Shown here in pieces: positions 1 through 7,724 of a DNA stretch of 9,975 bases. Position 1 is the first letter of the stretch; the number at the start of each line of letters is the position of its first letter. The translations under genes and the position numbers were made by a program. The notes beneath the pieces are model-generated. The model ran no database searches and was not told the DNA's origin. It was given only the letters and a program-made list of their open reading frames with translations. This DNA is from Octopus sinensis (Eukaryota): NCBI RefSeq assembly GCF_006345805.1, contig NW_021827682.1, positions 1 to 9,975 on the forward strand. The letters run 5' to 3'.

Positions 1-379
1 ATGGATGGATGTGTATGTGTGTGTGCATCTGTTTTGTGCCCCTTTGCGCTTGCCATGTGTTTTTTTTTTCATTCAACTCTCATTATTTCTAAAAAAAAAA
101 ATACGCATATCGAACGCTTATTTTCCCCCTTGAAGTAAATAAAAGCCTTTTTTCGGTAAGAATCGATGTCGCTAAACTTTCAAGAGCTTTATGCATGTGT
201 GCTTTATACGTATACATGCTTACGAGTATAGAAACATGCATATATGAATATGTATAGGTGTACATACGTGTAAATACATGCACGCAGGCGCACATATTGT
301 TTTTACGTTAATCACCGCACCCGGCCCTCTATAAAGAACATTTTGCAACATTTAATTTTCTTCTTACTCAATGCCTTTT

Positions 380-700
380 GAATCTCTCTCTCTCTCTATC
401 TCTCTCTCTCTTATATATATATATAATATATATATATAGTATATTATATATTATACATATATATAATATATATAATATATATATAATATATATATAAATA
501 TATATAATATCTACCTCTATCTTCTATCTATCTCTGTCTTCCTATCTATCTACCTCTATCTCTATCTCAATCTCAACCCTGTCTGTCTTTGTCAATGTAT
601 CTGTCTATCTAGTTAGCTAGCTATCTCAAATTTCTCTTTCATTTTTTACCTCTCACTCCCTCTCTTCCCCCCTCTCTCTCTATCCCTCTCTTTCTCTCCT
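380..700. repeat. Compound microsatellite/low-complexity block: (CT)n, (TA)n/TAA-rich, (CTAT)n, CT-rich
   Basis: Read directly: tctctctc 384-411, TA-rich 412-509, ctat/ctac repeats 510-570, pyrimidine-rich to ~700. Confidence 0.95.
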
Positions 701-821
701 GTCTTTGTTGCGAATTTATACCCTCGCGACTCTTCCCGTCTCCCTTTCTTATCGTTTCTTGTATTTATTATATCACTCTTTAACTTGTCACTCCCTTCGA
801 CTCCTTCCCATTCACTTTCTC

Positions 822-874
822 CGTGTGTGTGTGTGCGTTTGTATGTGTGTATGTGTGTATGTGTGTGTGTGTGT
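822..874. repeat. (GT)n microsatellite, interrupted
   Basis: gtgtgtgt...gtatgtgtgt read directly. Confidence 0.95.
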
Positions 875-919
875 TCAATTTACCGAAAGTTCTCAGTGCA
901 TTTCATTGTGACAGAGAAT

Positions 920-1236
920 GTCATGGTTGGAATGCCTTTGATCATAAGACTGTTCAATCAAGGATGATTAGGGATTAAACGCGAACTAAGAGAACTACAA
1001 AACAAACTGAGAGACTGATCGACCGAACAGCTAGAAATACCAGCCAAATTGCCTTGAAATGACACGGCTCACAGCCTTGCAAAAGGACAAATTGGACAAA
1101 GGGAAAGGAAGGAGAGACTCACGACTGGAACGCCCTTTGTCATAAGTCTATTCAATCAGAAGTCACTTGGAGCTGAACTTCTGTATCTGAAAGTGACCCT
1201 ACACGTAGGACAATTGCTAGAAATAGCTGTCAAATC
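920..1236 (+). mobile_element. Tandem decayed fragments of an interspersed repeat (probably SINE 3' halves)
   Basis: 920-960 matches 1118-1158 at 31/41 nt, and 1030-1050 matches 1216-1236 at 17/21 nt. The motif ggaatgcctttgatcata...gctaaac resembles a recalled octopus repeat 3' end (unverified). Confidence 0.5.
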
Positions 1237-1508
1237 TACTTAGAATCGAACTGTACCATCTCAAAAAAACGGAGGGTCACACGAGAGAAAGTATCACTTA
1301 TATACAAAAGTAGGTTGCTTAAGTCTGGATGGGTTTCATCATCGATCAAAAAAAGGAAAACAACGGGCAAAACATCCCTTAAATCAACATCTAAAGGAAA
1401 AATGAACAAGTTGGACGATGTTGAATCAAAAACATACGAAGACAGGATGGCCGCTCCGGAAAATGTTATTTTATAAGTCCGTCCGATCAAGATTAACCTG
1501 CAAATAAA
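1177..1508. other. Unique, CpG-containing segment open on both strands; possible host exon of unknown strand
   Basis: Plus frame 1177-1473 has 99 sense codons, TAA at 1474-1476 and AATAAA at 1503-1508. Minus frame is open from 1496 to the stop at 1238-1236, behind the acceptor-like ctgttttatttgcag (AG at 1499-1498). No protein family recognised. Confidence 0.25.
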
Positions 1509-1551
1509 ACAGATTCAGCGTCGCTTATTTTTATGAGTGCCTATGTTGGTA

Positions 1552-1735
1552 AACACACACACACACACACATACACACACACACACACACAAATACACAC
1601 ACGCATACACAGATAGGTAGATAGATGTAGGATATAGATATCTATGTGGAAGCATAAATATATGTGTGTGTGTGTGTGTGTTTTATTAGTATATATATAT
1701 ATGTGTGTGTGTGTGTATAAATATGTGTATGTATG

Positions 1736-1778
<43 letters not shown>

Positions 1779-1875
1779 ATGTGTGTGTGTGAGTGTGTGT
1801 GTGCGTGTGTGAGTGTATATATATATACATATGTGTGTGTGTGTATGTATATGTATATATGTATATACATATATA
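1552..1875. repeat. Compound (AC)n then (GT)n/(AT)n microsatellites
   Basis: Read directly. The V/C/Y/I/H/T-repetitive ORFs here are repeat translations. Confidence 0.95.
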
Positions 1876-1906
1876 GAAACTTATACGTATATGGGTGTTT
1901 GCATAT

Positions 1907-1945
1907 GTGGTGCTCAAGCATGGCCTTGAGTCTGATGTCTAAAAT
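1907..1945 (+). mobile_element. Decayed solo SINE/LINE 3' tail
   Basis: gtggtgctcaagcatggcc (1907-1925) matches the LINE tail gtggtgccccagcatggcc at 17/19 nt. It is followed by agtc-tgat-gtct-aaaa, which resembles the SINE hairpin agtc-aaat-gac. Confidence 0.55.
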
Positions 1946-2164
1946 AAACTAACGGCAAAAAAGAAAAGAATCATTACAAAACTGTGCACACACCCTTCCA
2001 TATTTAAAGGTTATACTCCTGAACATGTGATCACATTACGATCATAATTATAGCTGCAAACGTCAACAACAACAACAACAATAATGATAAGCACACTCGC
2101 ACGCACATACATGTATTTATATAGACGCACACAAATCAGGACATTAGGAGTTAATATATAGATA

Positions 2165-2409
2165 CAGCGCCACAGTATGCATGTGCATTATATATATATA
2201 TATACACGAAATATAAATAATATATATATATATAAATATATATAATAGAAATATTAAAAATAACTAAGTCTCTCTAAAAGAGAACAGCGGCAGCGTTCCG
2301 GAAAATAATAGTTATCGCCATATTAATATGGCATTCTTATAAAAATAAGAAAAAAGCTGTCCGCTTATTAGCTCCATGAGGCCATATATGTATATATATA
2401 TATGTATAT

Positions 2410-2455
<46 letters not shown>

Positions 2456-2483
2456 ATATACACACACACACGCACCACACACA

Positions 2484-2539
<56 letters not shown>

Positions 2540-2600
2540 TACGTCCATCTATATATATATATATTATATATTATATATACATATACGTATACATATATAT
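2165..2600. repeat. (TA)n-rich tracts (2168-2245; 2384-2600 with (CA)n) around a short unique spacer
   Basis: Read directly. Confidence 0.9.
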
Positions 2601-2675
2601 AATCCTTAAATCCTTAAAAATGTTTTAGCCCGAAGGCCGCGGCCATGCTGGGGCACCACCGCTGAATGAGCTACA

Positions 2676-4180
2676 CTAATATGTGAATCCACCTCTGATA
2701 CGTGGCACTTGATCAACAAGGGAGTTCGATGCTGCTGCCCGCATCCGCGTCTCCTGTCGTGAGGTAGGTTCATCTGGGACTCTCGACAAGAAGAGATCCA
2801 GTTTAGTTTTAAAGAAACCCACATCCACACCATGTAAGTCTCTCAGGCATTTAGGGAGGGTGTTAAAGATCTGTGTTCCTCTGAAACCCAAGCTGTTGCA
2901 GTATCTGGACCTGTATTTTGATGGTGATGTTGGAATCCTTGGCACCATGCAGTGGGGCCCCGTTCTGCGGTTGGGGTAACTTTGAATGTCAATTTTTGGG
3001 ACAAGACCCTCCAGGATTTTCTAGATGTATATCACCGCATATCTCTCCCGCCTCCGCTCTAGGGAGAAGAGGTTTAATACCTTCAGTCTTTCCCAGTAGC
3101 TGATATTTTGCATTGAGACGATTTTCTTTGTGTAGCTTCTCTGAATTGCTTCGAGTTCTGCTGTTAGTTTTATATTGTGTGGTGACCACAGTTGGGAGCA
3201 GTAGTCTCATAAGAATCCTTCTTTCTCTAGGGATTCTGTTTTTGTTCTTGTGTGTGCTGGCCCAGCACACTGGGACATATTTATCCATATGGCTTGTATT
3301 ATGGACATGAAGTGTTTGTGTTTCATATTTATGTCCGGTGTGGAGAGACATTCAGGCCAATCCTGTTTGATGATCTCTTTCTCAATCAACTTCCAGTTGG
3401 CTTTATGAAAGTTTAAGTTGGGACATGGTGGATGCTTTCGTATAGGCTGTGTGTCTACGGGGCTTTTTGTTCCATAAATAGACAGCTCTATTATGTTGTG
3501 ATCCGAGTCATTGTCGGCATCACATTAACATTATGGATAATATCCATATTGTTTGTGAAGCAGAGATCGGTATATTATCTGCCCTTGTTTGTTGCAGAAC
3601 TATTTGCTCCATGAAAGAGGCATTTGTGAGATGGAGGCAGTGACTCCACCTGTGCCTGCTGATGGTGTGTCATCCCTGGGAGCATCTGCCCCCAGCCCAT
3701 TCCACATTGGGGAGGTAAAGTCACCCATGAAGAATATACTGTTGTGTTTTCAAGGTTGGTGAGGACTTCTCCTATTTTGTTAGGCAGTCTTCAAACATGC
3801 CTGAGTGTTTTGGGGCATCTGGTGGGCGATATGTAGTGCATATGACGATATTCAGTTGTCTTATGTGTACAATTTGGGTTTCACATACTGAGTTTGAGTA
3901 TGACAGCAGAACCTGGGGAGTCAGGTCATCTCGGATGTACATTGCTCCTCCCTTTTCTACCTGTGCGATTGACTGCATATTGCGGCATGTGTATTTCTGC
4001 ATCACCTATATCGGGTTCAAGATGCGTTTCTGTGAGTGCCATGCATATAGCTTGATTGCATGTCACAAGGTCTCTCAGGAATGAGATTTTCCTTTTACAG
4101 TTTCCGCGCAGCAGCCCTCCTACATTCAGTGGAAATATTTTTGTGGTGTGTGCGTTGGTGTTGGTGTCTGTGGTGGCCAT
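2676..4180 (-). pseudogene. LINE ORF2 remnant: AP endonuclease + linker + C-terminal domain, several frameshifts/stops, RT deleted
   Basis: Joined from ORF-track pieces 3926-4273, 3772-4005, 3207-3389, 2989-3351 and 2676-2948 plus manual translation. Probable start is ATG at 4180 (MATTDTN...). Frameshifts lie near 3945, 3775 and 3700-3510, and there is an in-frame TAG near 3022. Confidence 0.88.
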
Positions 4181-4236
4181 CCTGCATCTGTTGGTGGTGG
4201 CCTTATGTGGTGGTAGTTCCAGCTTTGTGCTTGTAG

Positions 4237-5034
4237 CTAGGTCAGCTGCTGAACAATTTTTTGTGCCATGCACAAAAAAGATTGCTGTTCAGCTGCTGCC
4301 CTTCTCACATCTGGGTGAAGCTGGCCATTTGTTGGGTTATCGCGCACCACATCCGCATATCGTCTTTCAGGAGTGGTCAGTGCGCTTTTTTTCCTTCTTT
4401 TATATTTTTCTTTTTGTTCTCCCGAAGGGAGGGACCCCTGTCTCGCGTCCGTGCGGTTTTGGTAGGGCCTCTGATGTGCAAAGCGACAGTTCGCACCTTC
4501 GACGCCATGCCAGCAGTCCCCCTTCATGTAGAATTTGCAGATGTTTCTTTCTTTGCCCTTATAAGTCTTGCTGGAGTCCTTTTGTTTTCTCTGGACAGGG
4601 TTTCGTTTAGCTTTGATTTTGTCGCCTTTTACCTCCTGTTTCCCATCAATTTTAGGGTGCTTTTCTTTTCTTACGACCATCGCACCTCTTTGGTCTTCAG
4701 TTGTGGTGTTGGGAGCTGGACATGTGTCATTGTTTCCTTGTGTTCTAGGTTTCTCAGTTTTGTTTTTCGTTTGGTTCTGGATGTTTTCTTCATCCTTTTG
4801 GCCTTCCCTGGTGCCGTCACCTACTAGGATGATGTCCAGGGTGTCTACATGTTGCCTGATTAGAACGTATGAACGGATAAATTCTCGTTTCTTTCGCTCT
4901 ATCTGGGCGGTGGTTCTTGAAAAACTATTGCTCTTCAGCGTCGCTGCAATGATATTGTTCGGCAGTCGTCCTCAGTAATCTTCCAAGCGCGGACGAACAA
5001 TTGCACCTCTCTCGTAGACCAGTTTTCTTGACAT
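4237..5034 (-). pseudogene. LINE ORF1 (~265 codons), basic, with one CCCH-type zinc finger; interrupted by a single TGA at 4974-4972
   Basis: The frame of track ORF 4237-4680 continues upstream to ATG 5034 (MSRKLVYERG...) with only one stop. The motif CKFYMKGDCWHGVEGANCRFAH (C-x7-C-x8-C-x3-H) is at 4539-4474. It lies directly upstream of the APE ORF. Confidence 0.75.
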
Positions 5035-5044
5035 TTTTCGTCTG

Positions 5045-5646
5045 AGATATAGTGAGAGTGAAATATAGGAACAGAAAGAGAAGGAAAGATAGAATGGTTG
5101 ACCGTAGAGGGAAGAGGAGAAAGGATAAAAGCCAGGGCGGATAGGAATGAGAGACGAGGGGATTGTCCTGAGAGAAGAGAGAAAAAGAGAAAAAGAGAAA
5201 ATAAAGAGGGAAAAAAGAAAGAATGGCCGGTCAGCAGGGAGAGTGAGCGGGATAGAGGTGTAGTAGAAGGACAGGTGGAAAGAGAGACAATAGGTGGACC
5301 CTAGGGGGAGCAGGGAGAAGAAAGGCGGAGAGATAAATGGAGAGGGAGAGAGAGGGCAGGATAGAGGTACAGGGAGTGAAGTAAAGGACAGAGAGGGTGG
5401 GTGTGGAGGAAGGAGACAGAAAGAGGAAAAAGAGAAAGGGGGTGAGCTTAGATGGAGCAGGAAGGAAAGTAGGAAGAAAAAAGGGGGGAGAGGGAAAGAG
5501 GGGGCGCGACAGAGTGCAAGAGAGTGTAGTAAAGGGACAGGGAGGTGGTGTAGAAAAAGAAATAAGGGATAGAAGGGAAGAGGAAAAGGGGGTTTGACCT
5601 GTGAAGGAGCGGAGAGGAAAGAGGCAGAGAGAGGGAGGGGAATAAC

Positions 5647-5675
<29 letters not shown>
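5045..5675. repeat. ~630 nt polypurine (plus) / polypyrimidine (minus) tract ending in (GA)n at 5647-5672
   Basis: Strong strand asymmetry read directly. The ORFs across it are low-complexity (K/E/R/G or L/S/P/F). Confidence 0.9.
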
Positions 5676-5677
<2 letters not shown>

Positions 5678-5726
5678 GCGGTATATGGATACAAGAGAGA
5701 TGAGTGAAGTTGAGGAATATATATAC

Positions 5727-6076
5727 CATGAGTGGCTGTAGGTAAGTAGCTTGCTTACCAACCACATGGTTCCGGTACAGTCCCCCTGCGTGGCACCTTG
5801 GAAAAGCCTTGTGAGTGGATTCGATAGACGGAAACTGAAATAAGCCTGCCATATATATATGTTTGCGTGTGATGTGTTGTGCTTGTTTGTGTGTGTATCT
5901 GTCACCCCAGCATCGCTTCACGGCCGATGCTGGTGTGTTTATATCCCCGTACCTTAAGGATTCGGTAAAAGAGACCGATAGAATAAGTACTTGGCTGACA
6001 TATATTAAGTCCTAGGGTCGAGTTATTGGACTAAAGGCGGTGCTCCCGCATGGCCACAGTCAAATGACAAAAGAAA
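5727..6076 (+). mobile_element. tRNA-derived SINE with internal microsatellite and LINE-like 3' tail
   Basis: A-box-like TGGCTGTAGG at 5733-5742 and B-box-like GGTACAGTCC at 5774-5783. Internal (AT)/(GT) tract at 5851-5897. 3' tail ggcggtgctcccgcatggccacagtcaaatgac at 6036-6068, then aaaagaaa. Candidate TSD is gaatatatatac (5715-5726) / gaatatttatac (6077-6088), 11/12 but low complexity. Resembles an abundant octopus SINE from memory (unverified). Confidence 0.8.
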
Positions 6077-6087
6077 GAATATTTATA

Positions 6088-6305
6088 CGTATATATATAT
6101 ATATATACTGCATACATTAAAACGATCATGCAAACAAATACACATTCAGATATACATATATACATACATGCACGCAGACATACACACACGCACACACGCA
6201 CTCACACACAGACACGTCTGTGAACATTTATATATTCATATCTATATGCATCTTCATTGTGCATGTATATATATATATATATATACACTTATATATATGT
6301 GCGTT

Positions 6306-6378
<73 letters not shown>

Positions 6379-6480
6379 GTATATATATGTATGTCGTATA
6401 TACATATATACAAATATACAGATCTGTGTTAGAGTGTGTGTATCTGAATGTGTTTGTACACTCGCTTCGCGTGTGAATGT
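6088..6480. repeat. (TA)n (long near-perfect run 6311-6373), (CA)n and (GT)n microsatellites
   Basis: Read directly. Confidence 0.95.
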
Positions 6481-6889
6481 GTGAATTTGCGAGGATGTAT
6501 TTATGCGTGAGACTGGATGTGTTGAAAATCTAAATGTGTGTTATAGATTACAACAAAATGGCTGGGAGACAGACTTCAGGGGAGTGTACTGTACAATAAA
6601 TATGAGTAGTGCAGCATCCCTATTATGTACATGTTAAAGTGAAATAAAAAAATCTTCGATTAACTGAGAACATGCATGAAAGTATTAGGGAGAAAGTATT
6701 AGGGGGGGGGAGCAAGGGAAGTAACTCAATTAATATCAAATAATTGAAATATTTGTAAGAAAAAACGACGCCGGTGTGACAATAGCTCTTTCCGAATCCA
6801 GTTGAGAAAAACAACGGATATCCGTTTCGATTCTGTTAGATCTCATCAGCAAATCAGATAAATTATAGTTGGTTTCATTCGGAGAAAAT

Positions 6890-7000
6890 TATGTGTGTGT
6901 GTGGTGAGTGTGTAGGGGTAATGTGTGTATGTATGCTTTTATACCTTTGTCTAGATTTGTGAGTACGTTTTATATATGTAATATATATGTATATATATAT

Positions 7001-7057
<57 letters not shown>

Positions 7058-7065
7058 ATTTGTGT
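6890..7065. repeat. GT-rich then (TA)n microsatellite (6972-7057)
   Basis: Read directly. Confidence 0.95.
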
Positions 7066-7286
7066 GTATCTATGCTTGTTCGTATAGATACACCGAAGAC
7101 TGATCAATAACTATCTGGACTGTTGCCATAGTAACGAAGATAAAGCACGCAGAAAAAGCCGCTTGGCAAAGATTGACCTTGCACTATGCTATATATGCGC
7201 ATTAAGTTTTAACGTTCTCACTCACTTCCGCTGTTTACAGCAGTGCTTGGAAGGAAGGTGTGTAGCGTGTGATCTTCGCATTGAAC

Positions 7287-7643
7287 ATGACAGAAAAAGT
7301 TATCATAAGGCCTATGCAAAGTTGCAGAAAGTGTACGAGTGACTCAGAGGTTTCCAAGATGGCCGAAACATGTCGATACTGACGAACGTTCTGGGAGACC
7401 TGTAACCAGTAGAAATAAGCAAAACATCGCAAATGTGTCTGCAGCTGTGAGGGGAAATCGTCGAATCACCATTAGTGAATTATCAGAGGATGTGCAGATT
7501 AGTTGCGGTTCAGTTCAGTCCATTATCATTGAAGATTTGGGTGTGAGACGCGTGTCTACCAAGTTTGTGTGAAAAAGACACTCAGGTTTCAGTTGTACAA
7601 GATTTCCTTCATTGTGTCGGGAACGATGAAAACTTTTTGAATG
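7287..7643 (+). pseudogene. Mariner (Mos1-like) transposase N-terminal fragment: HTH region, truncated just before the catalytic domain
   Basis: ATG at 7287 (MTEKV), then fragments AYAKLQKVY, FQDGR..VDTDERSGRP, NRRITISELSEDVQISCGSVQSIIIEDLGVRRVSTKFV and QVSVVQDFLHCVGNDENFL. No TGDE-type catalytic motif follows. Deletions and frameshifts are present. Confidence 0.85.
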
Positions 7644-7724
7644 CTTTGCGCAGGCCTCCGAGCTGGTATAGCCAAGCTTTTGGCAAAATTTGATACATAT
7701 TCACTTCTCAACTTTCACTCTCAT
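7644..7724 (-). pseudogene. Second, inverted copy of the mariner transposase N-terminus
   Basis: The minus strand from ATG 7724 reads MRVKVEK*ICIKFCQKLGYTSSEACAK, matching the mariner N-terminal EQRxxIKFCxKLG pattern. Confidence 0.8.

Larger units (their letters stand above)
2601..5040 (-). mobile_element. Non-LTR retrotransposon of the CR1/L2 group, degenerate and internally deleted (no RT)
   Basis: The minus strand gives ORF1 (5034-4237), then APE motifs (NVGGL, LTETHL, GG-AMYIR, YRPP, MGDF, DLCFTN, SDH at 3506-3498), a linker (NFHKANW, IPRERRILMR), the post-RT motif DYCSQLWSP..LEAIQRSYTKKI..LFSLERRRERY, the C-terminus FNTLPKCLR..FKTKLDLFLSRVPDEP..SNSLVDQ, a short 3' UTR and a (TTTAAGGA)x2 tail ending at 2601. 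The clade call rests on recognised C-terminal motifs. The 5' boundary is uncertain. Confidence 0.9.

Noticed and set aside
136-161. Possible micro-exon (ttttcccccttgaAG ... cg|GTAAGA)
   Set aside because: Such splice-like motifs arise often by chance, and there is no frame or homology support.
89-967. ORFs 89-295, 705-911 and 785-967
   Set aside because: They overlap AT/GT/CT repeats, have repetitive composition and show no recognisable domain.
1552-1850. (AC)n followed by (GT)n as a functional inverted repeat or MITE
   Set aside because: Complementary dinucleotide arrays pair trivially, and no unique TIR or TSD is present.
1541-2609. Y/I/H/T/V/C-rich ORFs, including apparent His- or Cys-rich proteins
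   Set aside because: These are direct translations of (TA)n, (CA)n and (GT)n, which lack stops in these frames.
2918-4978. Plus-strand ORFs 2918-3103, 3113-3310, 3432-3614, 3797-4084, 4056-4610, 4261-4827 and 4568-4978 (hydrophobic, membrane-like)
   Set aside because: They are antisense shadows of the A-rich LINE ORF1/ORF2. The F/L/V richness mirrors K/E/N codons.
2601-5726. Target-site duplication for the CR1/L2-group LINE
   Set aside because: The only candidate matches are TA-rich low-complexity words and the 5' end is undefined.
5727-5800. Functional tRNA gene
   Set aside because: There are degenerate A/B boxes but no convincing cloverleaf, and the sequence continues into SINE body and tail.
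4972-5921. Long ORFs over the purine tract (240, 224 and 157 aa, and K/E/R/G-rich plus frames)
   Set aside because: A pure purine or pyrimidine strand cannot readily encode stops. Only the last ~20 codons of 4972-5694 are treated as the ORF1 start.
6168-6814. ORFs 6168-6484 and 6623-6814
   Set aside because: The first group are (TA)n translations. The last is short, with no motif or convincing splice signals.
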